Shown one piece after another: positions 52,329 to 64,000 of a DNA stretch of 64,000 nt. The stretch comes from Heterodontus francisci (taxonomy: Eukaryota), in the NCBI RefSeq assembly GCF_036365525.1, contig NC_090413.1:27914262-27978261 (forward strand), given 5' to 3'. Below the pieces are notes generated by a model. That model was not told where the DNA came from, did not search any database, and was given only the letters and a program-made list of their open reading frames with translations. The stretch's first letter is position 1. Each line of letters opens with the position of its first letter. Made by a program: the position numbers and the translations under genes.

Positions 52329-52744
52329 AGACTTTGTGCTGTAATATGCTCCAGATTTTTGGCGTAGATCAGGGAGTTAAACACTGGACAATGTGGGTGT
52401 GAAACTTGCAGTCGTGTGTTGGCCACACACCTGAGTAACTGCCTCAATACCATAGACCAAGATGGTTAAAAGTGCTGACCGTGTCCACTTGGAGCAGAGG
52501 GAAAGACGCATTGTCTAGTTACTGCTCAGGCATTCTCTCACTCATTGCTGGAGTGACTGAGATGGGTTTTCCAATAACTTCAGACTCTTTAGATCAGAAG
52601 CAGACAATAGGAAATAAATAGCAGAAAAAGGGTTGGGGGTGGGGGTGGGGTGGAATGTAAATACACAGGAACAGGTTGCCATGGTTACAGCTTCACATCC
52701 AATAGTGACCGTTGGCCAAATTCCTTTCGACAGTTCTCCCAGCT

Positions 52745-54670
52745 TACGAACATACAAATTAGAAGTAGGCCATTCGGCCCCTCAAGCCTGCTCTGTCATT
52801 CAATAAGATCATGGCTGATCTGTTTGTGTCTCAAATTCCACACTCCCATCTACCCCCGATAACCTTTGATTCCCTTACCTAACAAGAATCTATCTACCTC
52901 CGCCTTACAAATATTCAATGCCCCCACCTCGACCACCTTCTGAGGCAGAGAGTTCCAAAGTCGCACAACCCTCAGAGGAAAAATGTCTCCATCTCTGTCC
53001 TAAAAGGGCCACCCCTAATTTTAAAACAGTGCCCCCTAATTCTGGACTCCCCCACAAAAGGAAACATCCTTTCTACATCCTCCTTGTCAAGACCATTCAG
53101 AATCTTATAAACTTCAATCAAGTCTCCCCTCACTCTTCTAAACTTCAGGTGAAAACAAATCCAATCTGTCCAACTTTTCCTCATAAGACAACCCGCTCAT
53201 TCCAGGTATCAATCTAGTAAACCTCCTCTGAACTGCCTCCAACGCATTTACATCCTTCCTTAAATAAGGAGACCAAAACTGCACACAGTATTCGAGATGT
53301 GGTCTCACCAATGCCCTGTATAATTGAAGCATAACATCCTTACTTTTATTTTCAATTCCTCTCGTAATAAAAGATAGAATTCCATTAGCCTTCTTTATTA
53401 CTTGCTGTACCTGCATACTAACTTTTTGCAACTCCTGCACTAGAACACCTCGATCCCTCTGCACCTCAGAATTCTGCAGTTGTTCCCTGTTTAAGTAATA
53501 CTCTGCTTTTTTATTCTTCCTGCCAAAGTGAACAACTTCACATTTTCCCACATTATACTTCATCTGCCAGATTTTTGCCCACTCACTCAACCTATCTATA
53601 TTAGTCTGCAACTTCCTTATACCCTCGTCACAACATACTTTCCTACCTTTCTTTGTCTCATCTGCAGATTTAGCTACCATACCATTGCTCCCCTCACCTA
53701 GCTCATTGATACAAATTGTAATAAGTTGAGGCCCCAGCACAGACCCCTGGGGGACTCCACTCGTCACATCCTGCCAATCAGAAAAGGACCCATTTATGCA
53801 TACTCTAATCATAGAGAGATACAGCACAGAAACAGGCCCTTTGGCCCACTGAGTCTATGCTGACATTCAACCACCCATTTATATTAATCCTACATTAATC
53901 CCATATCCCCTACCACATCCCCACCTTCCCTCAATTCTCCTACCACTTACTTACACTGGGAGCAATTTACAATGGCCAATTTACCTATCAACCTGCAAGT
54001 CTTTGGCTGTGGGAGGAAACCGGAGCACCCGAAGGAAACCCACGCAGACACAGGGAGAACTTGCAAACTCCACACCGGCAGTACCCAGAATTGAACCCGG
54101 GTCGCTGGAGCTGAGAGGCTGCGGTGCTAACCACTGCGCCGCCCCATTCTGTTTTCTGTCAGCCAGCCAATCTCCTACCCATGCTAATATGTTACCCCCT
54201 ACACCATGATCTCCTACTTTGCGCAGTAACCTTTTATGTGGCACCTTGTCAAATGCCTTTTGGAAATCCAAATTCAGTACATCAACGGGCTCCCCTTTAT
54301 CCAGAGCACGTGTCACTCCTTCAAAGAACTGCAAGAAATTGATTAAACAGGATTTCCCTTTCACAAAACCATGCTGACTATTCCCAATTACCTCGAGTTT
54401 TTCTAAGTGCCCAGCTACAACCTCTTTTATGATCGCTTCGAACACCTTCCCCATGACAGACGTCAAGCTAACTGGCCTATAGATACCGGTTTTCTTCCTC
54501 CCCCCCCACTTCTTGAATAGAGGGGTTATATTTACTACTTTCCAGTCTGCTGGAATCTTACCAGAATCAAAAACTTTTGAAAAATTAACACCAACGCATC
54601 TACCAGCTCATTAGCCACCACTTTTAAAACCCTAGGATGAAGTCCATCAGGACCCGGGGACTTGTCAGCT
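52745..54670 (-). mobile_element. CR1-clade LINE fragment interrupted by a tRNA-derived SINE
   Basis: SQHGFVKGKSCL, LDFQKAFDKVPH and GVPQGSVLGP motifs; the element resumes either side of 53808-54145. Confidence 0.9.
53808..54145 (-). mobile_element. tRNA-derived V-SINE (HE1-like) nested in CR1
   Basis: Minus strand begins GGGCGGCGCAGTGGTTAGC (A box) ... GGGTTCAATTC (B box), then the V-domain GTGGAGTTTGCAAGTTCTCCC...GCGTGGGTTTCC and a CR1-like 3' tail. Confidence 0.82.
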
Positions 54671-55834
54671 AATTGTTAAATGATGCATCTCCAGCCGAGA
54701 GGTGTCAATCCTCCTTCAAACAGGGTGCTGCTGATTCTCAAGTTTTATTTCAAGCGCGGGTTCCTGTTTGATTGTTCACCGATTTCTCCCACAATCGATT
54801 GAATCAGGGTCTGGAATATTCAACTTTACCAATTCAAGGTAATGTGACTTGAAGTGAAGGTGAAAACATATTGCTTATGAAAGGCGACATACATACAGCG
54901 GGAGAAATGGCTAGACATCTTGTTCCTGTCATTTCTCCATGATTTAAAATAAATCAAACCATGTGGCCAATATTACATAGTGGAAACAATAAACTAACGC
55001 CTAGGGTTGTAGATTTAACTAAAAATTATAAAAGGAACCTCCTGCTTAGAGTTTCAAAGCTGGTCACTTCTGTAATTCATTAAGGATTTTACGACATCAG
55101 TAACATTACACAACACATTTGTGTAATGAACGTTTAGATAGAGTACATTCCCAGACTAGAACAATTAACCAGCATTCGATCATTCTGAACTCTCAATCCT
55201 GTGTTAGCTACAAGGTTTGAGGTTCAGAATCCACAATACACTTACTGTAATGACATTTACCCCACACATCTCCCCTCGAGAAAACCCACCAAGTTTACTA
55301 ACAGATCAACACAGCTATGCATTACGAGAGAAAGCCACAGCTTGATAAAAAGGACACCTTCTACTTTTGAGTGTTAATACAGGGAAGTTATTTAACAAGT
55401 TTGATCATTCACACGCCCTCTCTCCTCAAGAAGGTAGCAATATTAACATTTCCAACATGCCATGTGTAAACCCAACCAGGCAGGAATAACACTCCCACCA
55501 CTCATGGTGAGAGAAGAGAGTTCTCAGCCCATGGGTTAACTTCACACATCACTTTGTAGCTGGTTTCACCATCACTGGTGAAGATCCAGTTCCCAAGTCA
55601 GGTGTCTGCTCTGGGCTCTGGACTGACCTGATGAACCTTTTGCTGCCTCATTGATGCAAGGAGGAAAATGATCAATAGGAGGCAAACTAAACTTGGGAGT
55701 CTCCATCAAGCAAAGACCGCTCAGTCCCTTTGGTCATGGCCTCTCAGCCAGTGGAAGTGTATACAGCAACACTGAAATGTGAGAAGATCTAACAGTTGGT
55801 GAACATTCAGCCTCTCGAAAGAGATTGGACTCAC

Positions 55835-55961
55835 CTAAATATGGAATGCATGGTGTCATTTTCAAGCAGCCAATGTATTCTCTGAGCTGCTTGTAGTTAT
55901 CTTCCTTGGACATCAACATCTCCAGCTTTTCAAAGACAGCCTTATCCTTCCTGCTCAACAG
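55835..55961 (-). CDS. RALGPS-like: RalGPS-like exon (RasGEF): [42 protein letters not shown](G)
   Basis: 127 nt, phase 0/1, gtgagt donor opening the 34-kb intron that hosts the ANGPTL gene. Confidence 0.95.
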
Positions 55962-56116
55962 CTGCAAGTAAAGAACAAACACGACCTTAACCACAACATT
56001 CCTCGCTCGTGTTCACGGATAGCAGGATTACACATTTGGATCACGATGAACCAAAGTTTACAGCAGAGCAGAAGCACATTGGTCTCCTTGTGTCAGTGCC
56101 AGTACTTTGATAGAGC

Positions 56117-56800
56117 AATCCCCAAACTAATCCCACTGCCCCACTCTCTCTCCCATAGCCCTGTATCAATCCCCAAACTAATCCCACTGCCCCACTCTCT
56201 CTCCCATAGCCCTGTATCAATCCCCAAATTAATCCCACTGCCCCACTCTCTCTCCCATAGCCCTGTATCAATCCCCAAACTAATCCCACTGCCCCACTCT
56301 CTCTCCCATAGCCCTGTATCAATCCCCAAACTAATCCCACTGCCCCACTCTCTCTCCCATAGCCCTGTATCAATCCCCAAATTAATCCCACTGCCCCACT
56401 CTCTCTCCCATAGCCCTGTATCAATCCCCAAATTAATCCCACTGCCCCACTCTCTCCCATAGCCCTGTATCAATCCCCAAATTAATCCCACTGCCCCACT
56501 CTCTCCCATAGCCCTGTATCAATCCCCAAATTAATCCCACTGCCCCACTCTCTCTCCCATAGCCCTGTATCAATCCCCAAATTAATCCCACTGCCCCACT
56601 CTCTCTCCCATAGCCCTGTATCAATCCCCAAATTAATCCCACTGCCCCACTCTCTCTCCCATAACCCTGTATCAATCCCCAAATTAATCCCACTGCCCCA
56701 CTCTCTCTCCCATAGCCCTGTATCAATCCCCAAATTAATCCCACTGCCCCACTCTCTCTCCCATAGCCCTGTATCAATCCCCAAACCCTCCCCATAGCCC
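56117..56800 (+). repeat. 51-bp minisatellite (AATCCCCAAATTAATCCCACTGCCCCACTCTCTCTCCCATAGCCCTGTATC), about 13 copies
   Basis: Direct reading; two units are 2 nt shorter in the CT tract. Confidence 0.95.
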
Positions 56801-57517
56801 TATATCAATCCCAACCCAATACCACTGCTCCACACTCTCCCCATGGCCCTCTGTCAATCCCACTGTCCCATTCTCTAATCCCACCGCACTGCAGCTTTTC
56901 CGACTGAGCATGTGAAAAAGCTGGGAGAGGCGGCAAGTTGAATAACTAGGAAACCTGTCCTTTCAGAAGGCAGCTTTGTACAGGTTACAGGCACCTGCAA
57001 TGTGCTGGTTTTGCTGAAGTTCATGAAAATGCACAAAAAAAATGCAGATAAAAAAGAAAAAACTTCAAAAAGCACAGAACAGTCTGGGAAAAACCCATAA
57101 ATTTCCAAAACATTACATTTGCAGCCTTGGAGATTCTGAAGACACAAATATAATGTTCAGTAGAGAGAACTCGCCAACTGAATTATGTAACTGATTATGG
57201 ATCCTTACTGTTCAAAGCAAGATTACCCAATTAACAAAACTCTGTTTTACCACTTCCATCTCGAATTACAGTTTTCAGTTCATTTTCACCGGCAACACAA
57301 ACAAACATTCAAAATCTCACCATGTTCCCCCCACTTGTCCAAATCTAATTTCGAAAAAGACTTTATCCATAAACTGCCCAGTCCTGCTCGATTTGCATTG
57401 ATAGGAGACTGAACAGGTCAGTCACCAGCTCTCTCAGCCTAGAACAATGTGCAATAAAGGAGGTCCCTTAGAAACAAACAATAATAAAAAGCCGTTTAAA
57501 AAGGGTTCTTCACTTAC

Positions 57518-57610
57518 TGTCCATGTTCTTGACAACCTGAATACTGGTGTGCTCTGTAAAGCTGAAATCACCGCCATCAACCCATGGAGATTATGGAGAT
57601 CCTGAAGTTT
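57518..57610 (-). CDS. RALGPS-like: RalGPS-like exon (RasGEF): [31 protein letters not shown]
   Basis: 93 nt, ttgcag acceptor, gtaagt donor; CDC25 motif N...LMAV.SAL.S.P.FRL..TW. Confidence 0.94.
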
Positions 57611-57903
57611 CTGCAACAGAAACAGATTTGTTTTTATACAAATGCTTTTTGTGCTGTCACGGCAGATACACTCAGTGAAACAACTGCCTGCAGAATGCTA
57701 TTTTTACTGATTATTTTATGCATGTTGTTATCAACAGCTTTCTGAAATTAAACAGGTGGAAAGCACCAGCATCTGCAACAATCTCTCAACATCACACCTG
57801 TGAGGCAAGACATTCAAGTCCCACCACATGGAGCCAATTGTCCAAGTTGCTCATCAAACCTGCATCTAATACTCAGCCACTCTCAGGATAAACAGAGACT
57901 TAC

Positions 57904-57993
57904 CTTCGCTATTTTGATAAAGTGGCCGAGAACTTCGACTCTTATTTTAAGAGTCCGTTTGGTGAGAATCTCGTGGATGACCCAGAAACTGAC
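57904..57993 (-). CDS. RALGPS-like: RalGPS-like exon (RasGEF): [30 protein letters not shown]
   Basis: 90 nt, tttgcag acceptor, gtaagt donor. Confidence 0.93.
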
Positions 57994-58541
57994 CTGCAAA
58001 AAGAGAAGCACTCATTTATTTTGTGTTAATCCTTCATCTCTTAATCACACTCCCAAGTCCTTTGCTTGAGTAAATAGGTGTACAATAGTTACTGCCAAGA
58101 ATGTTAGAAGTATTTACATTTTTTTCATTGAATTGATTGGATTAAAATTTCTAAACTTTAGAACTCGCCCTCTCCCACAGCTCCCATCGACAGGTAACTG
58201 AACACAAGGGTTTATTTTCTCCTTTCCCCACCCCCCCCCCACAAAAGCTGGATTAATTTCACCAATTAAAATATCGAGAGGCTGATCGAGTAGGACCCAG
58301 AACCGAAATTCCAATAGGATGACAGAATTGGAATTGGACCAAGGGAGCAGACGGTTTAAGTAGTGACAGTAAAACATGGGACAAGTCGTATTTCTTGGAC
58401 AGTGAATAGTGAGCAGTGAGGATGGACGATCAGGACTCGATGCTGCAGTGGGAGATGGTGGAAATTAAATGGATCAAATGGGTTTGTACATTTCAAATTT
58501 CTCTGGTTAATTACCAGACCATGTTGGTTTCTATCTCCTAC

Positions 58542-58625
58542 CTGGTTAAATCTCCCAGTAAAAGCTACCACATTGGGAGCCAAGGTATGTTTCTCTCTTT
58601 TGTTCCAAACACAACTGGATAATTC
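58542..58625 (-). CDS. RALGPS-like: RalGPS-like exon (RasGEF): [28 protein letters not shown]
   Basis: 84 nt, cag acceptor, gtagg donor, phase 0/0. Confidence 0.92.
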
Positions 58626-59659
58626 CTGTTTAGGGAAAAATAAAAAAATAAAAAGAGAGTTGATTCATCACCCAATAGAAACTGAAGAATTTTTTTTGGA
58701 GAACAGTTCCCCATCACAATTTGGATTGTGCTACAATGTCCGCCAAATATTATTTCTTGTGCTTTTGCCAGGAGCACACCACTTCTTGCTCGTCCCAAAC
58801 CCCATGCCCTTATAAAAGCCTCATGTGGATTAGTGTACTCAGAATTAATTATCCCTTTTTGTCACATCGCCCTGACACGTAGAAATCAGCTGTTCCTGGA
58901 TTTTGATCCAAGGACGATGAAGGAACTCACCACCTAACAGCACTGTGAGCGCACATGGACTGCAGCGGTTCAAGAAGGCAACTCACACCAGCTCGAGGGC
59001 AATTAGGGATGCGCAATACATGCCAGCCTAGCCAGCGACACCCACATCCCGAGAATGAATCTTTTAAAAAGTGAATAATTAGCTGACTGGAAATCACACA
59101 GGGTAACCCTCCCTCCAGAAAATGGAACGAGAAGGGGTGAGAGAATTCCCCATTACTTATCCAGCATCAAGGGCTTGAAAATCATTAACTGTGACTAAAG
59201 ATGCAAAGTGCCGACCCACTGCAAGAAAAATGCAGATGTGCAGATTAGGTTATTAGGTTCCCAATATTTCTTACTGCCATGACCAAACTAAATAGCGACT
59301 GGAGAAAGAAAAAGCTTCCGTCTGCTGACTAACTTACAGGTCTACCAACATGGCCTGGTCCTATAGATAGGTCATCACAAAGCCTTCCCTTTGAAACTAG
59401 CTAACTGAAGAAAAGTTCCATTTTCACTCAAATATTAAATACAAAAACGTTATTTTGTTACATCAAATCCCACTTCCCAGCATGCCCAGGATTAACAATT
59501 AGTCCCTAGTTTACGGGAGATTATGTGGAATGTTGAACACAACTCTCCCAAGAGCCAGCTAACATCACACCATAAACCAATGCATATTGGTCAAAACTAT
59601 TCAGTCAGGTTAACTAAATTGGTAATACACAGCAGCCATGTGACAGATTTCAGACATGA

Positions 59660-60060
59660 CTGGGTGGGGAGCACTCTCACCTCAGAGGCAGCGCACAAGT
59701 TCAAGTTCCACTCAAGCCTCGAGAACGTAACCTGGGTTGACACTCCCAGTGTAATACTGAGGGAGTGCTACGCTGTCGGAGGTGCACCTTTCTGATGAGA
59801 TATTAAACCGAGGCCCTGTCTGCCCTCTCAGGTGGTTATAAACGATCTCATGGCACGATTTTAAAGAAGTTCTCTCCGGTGTCTTGACACGATTTATCCC
59901 TCAACCAACATCACTGAAACAGATCATCTGGTCATCATCACATTGCCGTTCGTGGGAGCTTGCTGTGCACAAATTGGCTGCTGCATTTCCTACATGACAG
60001 CAGCGACTACACTTGAAGAGCACTTCACTGGCTATAATGTCCTGAGGTTGTAAAAGGCGG
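59660..60060 (+). mobile_element. Deu-domain SINE copy
   Basis: TTAAACCGAGGCCCTGTCTGCCCTCTCAGGTGG core and GTGGGAGCTTGCTGTGCACAAATTGGCTG tail. Confidence 0.75.
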
Positions 60061-60944
60061 GGGAGTGGGACTGACAATAGCTCCATGAAGAGCCGGCAGG
60101 GACTCGATGGGCCAAACGGCCTCCTTCTGTGCCGTAAATGACTCCACGAACGTCCCCACATTTTAAAATTTGATTAAATGCTTATTCACGAGGAGTTGAC
60201 ATACCCTCCAGAGGCACGTTATAGGAATGATGAGCAACAAGGCACTAGAGGAAAGTCAAGTTTAACTATTGATTGCAATCCTACGCTGAGAGTTCAGTAA
60301 TGTGCACATGGTACAACGCACATGTTAAAAAGAGCCTTCCTGCAACAACCAATGTGGTTTTAATTGGCTAAAACAAAAAAGATAGTAATGGCGAAGGTTG
60401 TATTTGAATCACCCGATTCAATGATGATTGAATATCTTCTGAAAACTAACAGATAAATTTAAAAACTACTCCCAGGATTGAGCTAAAATGTTTTTTTTTT
60501 TTTAAAAAGCAGCCTAAAAAAGCTTCCACATCCAACCGAGAGGGGAAAATAACATTTCACCAAATAAATTTCACAATTGGACACAGATGTTTCAATGGTC
60601 CTGAAATTTAATTACAGAACTTCATTCTTTGGCAAAGAACATGGGCTTGGTCATAAAATGATTTTATTAAAAAGTCAAATTGAGATTATTTGAATTTGGA
60701 GAGAAAGTGAATGTATGGGGTAGGGGGAGGGGAAGATGAAAGAGACAGAGCAAGTCGCCCATTCACAGCTTGTGTTTGTGTTTGAATCAAATACAACAGA
60801 ATGGAAAGAAAAAGCCGCACTCTGCTGGCAGGCAGTCAGGCAGCTGTCTGTAATGAGTTGGACCATCTCAATCCAACTGCCAGTGGACAAGGACCCCAAG
60901 CTCAAACAACTGGTAGAGTTAACAGCAACTTTTAAATTCCTTAG

Positions 60945-62075
60945 TGGGCGTCGCTGGCTAGGTCAGCATTTATTGCCCATCCCTAATTATCCTCAAGAAG
61001 GTGGTGGTGAGCTGCCTTCTTGAACCGCTGCAGTCCATGTGAGGTAGGTATACTCACAGCGCTGTTAGGAAGGGAGTTCTGGGATTTTGATCTAGCAACA
61101 GTGAAGGAACGGCAATATAGTCCCAAGTCAGGATGGTGTGTGACTTGGAGGGGAACTTGCAGGTGGTGCCCTTGTTCTTCTAGTTGGTAGATGTCACGGG
61201 TTTGGAAGGTGCTGTCTAAGAAGTCTTGGTGCGTTCCTGCAGTGCATATTGTAGATGGTACATATTGCTGCCACTGTGCACCGGTGGTGAAGGGAGTGTA
61301 TGCTTAAGGTGGTGGATGGGGTGCCAATCAAGCGGGCTGCTTTGTCCTGGATGGTGCCGAGCTCCTTGAGTGTTGTTGGAGCTGCACCCATCCAGGCAAG
61401 TGGAGAGTATTCCATCACACTCCTGACATGTGCCTTGTAGATGGTGGACAGACTTTGGGAAGTCAGAAGGTGAGTTACTCGCCGCAGGATTCCTAGCCTC
61501 TGACCTGCTCTTGTAGCCATGGTACTTATGTGGCTGGTGCAATTCAGTTTCTGATCAATGGTAACCCCCAGCATGTTGATAGTGGGGGATTCAGTGATAA
61601 GGCCATTGAACATCAAAGGGAGATGGTTAGATTCTCTCTTGTGGGAGATGGTCATTGCCTGACACTTAAGTGGCAAGTAACATTCACGCCACACGTCAGC
61701 CCAAGTCTGGATGTTGTCCAGGTCTTGCTGCATTTGGACATGGGCTGCTTCAGCAAACATCCCCACTTCGACCTTATGATGGAGGAAAGGTCATTGATGA
61801 AGCAGCTAAAGATGGTTGGACCTAGGTTACCACCACAACCTTTTTGCTCGCTATGACTCCAACCCATGGAGAATTTTCCCCAATTCCCATTGACTCCAGT
61901 TTTGCTAGGGCTCCTTGATGCCATACTCTGTCAAATGCTACGCTGATGTCAAGGGCAGTCACTCTCACCTCACCTCTCGAGTTCTGCTCTTTTGTCCATG
62001 TTTGGACCAAGGCTGTAATGAGGTCAGGAGCTGAGTGGCCCTGGCAGAACCCAAACTGAGCGTCACTGAGCAGGG
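60945..62075 (-). mobile_element. CR1/L2-group LINE 3' portion (second family)
   Basis: QFGF..GHSAPDL, LDI..AFDRVWH and IYKA.VRSVMEYSPL.W motifs. Confidence 0.85.
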
Positions 62076-64000
62076 TCTTTAACATAGTAAGACACCCCAA
62101 GTCACTTCACAGGAGATGTTCCAAAATAAAATTTGACAGAGTCACATTAGGAGAGATTAGGACAGGTGACCAAAAACTTAGTCAAAGAACTAGGCTTTAA
62201 GGAACATCTTAAAGAGGCTGAGAGGTTTAGGGAGGGGATTCCAGAGCTTAGGACCCAGGCAACTGAAGGCACAACCACCAATGGTGGAGCAATTAAAATC
62301 AGGGATTCAAGTCGAGAGGCTAGAATTGGAGGAATACAGAGATGTCGGAGGTTACAGCGATAGGGAGGGGGCAGGGCCATGGATGGATCTGAGAGAATTT
62401 TAAATTCTGACCATCAAGGCTAACAATGCAACTTTAAAACTCAGTGATGGAGAAATGGAGCAAGTTTGAGGTCCAAACAAGCCCCATTGTAAACAATTAA
62501 CTAGCAGCAATAACCCAATCAGTGCTCAGTGCAGAGTTAATGGCAGAGACAATGCATTTGCCTGGAAGCAATACACCACGTCAAGGCGGACAGTAAAAGA
62601 ACAACATTGAGTGCACAGCATCTGGGATTATTGGCAGCAATTTCCAAAAGACTTCAAATCCACCTTTCCCAACTGGCAGAGGTCAACTCCAAAACTCTGT
62701 TCAACTGGCTTTGGAACAAAAAAAAAAACTGTGCTTTAGAGGAAACCCCCATTTACACATCCATGTTGGATCATCTGCCTGTATTGCGGGCAACAGAATT
62801 GTCATGGTAACCAGTGTAAATTGGTTTGGTGGGTTCCTCCAGGGGAAGAGTTGGTGCACGTACTAAGCAGAACCCATTGGAGGTGGGGGTGGGGAATGAG
62901 GAGAACCCCAGGGCCCATCTCGCAACTGTAACCAGGTTAGCCTGGCTTTGAGGCTGTTGTAAGTGTGTCTCTGTATTGGGGGTGGGAAGGCGAATGGAAA
63001 GGTTAAAGGGGAGAATAAACCAGTCATGTAGGGCTCCCAATCTTTGTTCATTATACATTCTCTTCTCCTTCACCTGCACAAATTCAGGCATCAGTCCAGA
63101 GTGGATCGGAGCTCAGCTGTGATTCCCCTCAGGGTCGCATAGCCCCAAACAATGGTTGTCCATGGCCTCATGATGTGGAGGCATTTAAAACGTTTCAACA
63201 TATATGAAGGAATCTCAGAACTGCTGAAGCGTCAGACTTTTGCCTTATTTTTGTTATTTAGCTGTAGGATTCCTGAAACAGCAGGATTTTAAACATTAAA
63301 ACCTGGATTTCCAACTAAAAATGATATCACACAGTTTGTAGCTGGAGTTTGAAGAGATTGCAACTTGATAGAGGCCGATAGACCAGTAACACATCAAATG
63401 AGCTGTAAACAAACAAGAACGTTGTTTAGGAACAGAAACAGATGTTGGAAACGAGAATGAGATTAAGTAGCTGCAGCAGTAAATTCTTCAAATTAGACAT
63501 CCCAAGCTAATTCATTTTCTGAACACAGGTGGTGGTGAGAATGATTTCACTGGTGTCTTTCATTTCTAAAATTTATTATTCAGCACAAAGACTGCCAGCT
63601 GAAACAAAGGAACCCAGGTTAAAGGAGTCAGTAACAGCACAGGGCACTGGTCAGATTGAGAAAGATGACAGAGATCCAGAACTGGAGATAAATATCTAGC
63701 AATTTGGCCACAAATATAGAAAGCGGTGAGACCCACAGCAGAAAATGCAAGGACTGGGACACTGACGTGTGGGTTTACAACCCACAGGCTTTAAGGCGAG
63801 GGAAGACTGAGTGAGATCAGGAGTTTGCAGGTCCTGAGAAAGGAGGTGTGGGAGGCAGAGAATAGTCACCCCCCACATGCATGAATATCACCCCCTTATT
63901 GTTCACTAAACTCACAACAACTTGCACTTGGGCAGCAATTACTGAACATTCCTGAACGTACAAAGAATTACACTAACTAATTTAAGATAATCAGTCGGGC

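Larger units (their letters stand above)
8816..58625 (-). other. RALGPS-like: RalGPS-family gene (CDC25/RasGEF domain + C-terminal PH domain); 16 coding exons in window, 1491 nt, 496 aa, 5' part not found in window
   Basis: All exons have AG/GT boundaries and compatible phases and join into one open frame ending NLMSFE*. Motifs [30 protein letters not shown] and LRRKT.LK.G.KP match RALGPS1/2 as recalled. Confidence 0.93.

Noticed and set aside
54075-54145. tRNA-like A/B boxes
   Set aside because: Head of a SINE; it continues into V-domain and LINE-like tail with no complete cloverleaf.
56041-56795. Repetitive ORFs and a superficially CRISPR-like regular array
   Set aside because: 51-bp tandem repeat with no unique spacers; eukaryotic context and no cas genes.
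58626-64000. Upstream RalGPS exons (expected SQITLMD..VFKAIQPE)
   Set aside because: Not found by inspection; probably beyond the right edge.

Overview
Eukaryotic vertebrate DNA, most likely a cartilaginous fish (shark), judged from HE1/V-SINE-like, Deu-SINE-like, CR1, RTE and Penelope-like repeats. Three spliced genes were reconstructed by hand with GT-AG junctions and consistent phases. (1) PPAN exons 1-2 lie on the minus strand at the left edge. (2) A RalGPS-family RasGEF+PH gene on the minus strand has 16 in-frame coding exons from 58625 down to the stop at 8816; its 5' exons were not found and are probably beyond the window. (3) A complete 5-coding-exon angiopoietin-like gene on the plus strand (34141-50235, about 494 aa) is nested antisense in one 34-kb RalGPS intron. 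Its exon structure, diagnostic residues and head-to-head position with PPAN point to ANGPTL6. As I recall, mammalian ANGPTL1 and ANGPTL2 are nested in RALGPS2 and RALGPS1 while ANGPTL6 has no host, so this looks like a third RALGPS ohnolog ('RALGPS3') lost in mammals. Also present: two ~3.4-kb G-rich minisatellites, TE-seeded minisatellites and minimal hammerhead-ribozyme-like motifs. Homology statements come from remembered sequences, not from searches. Repeat boundaries are approximate.
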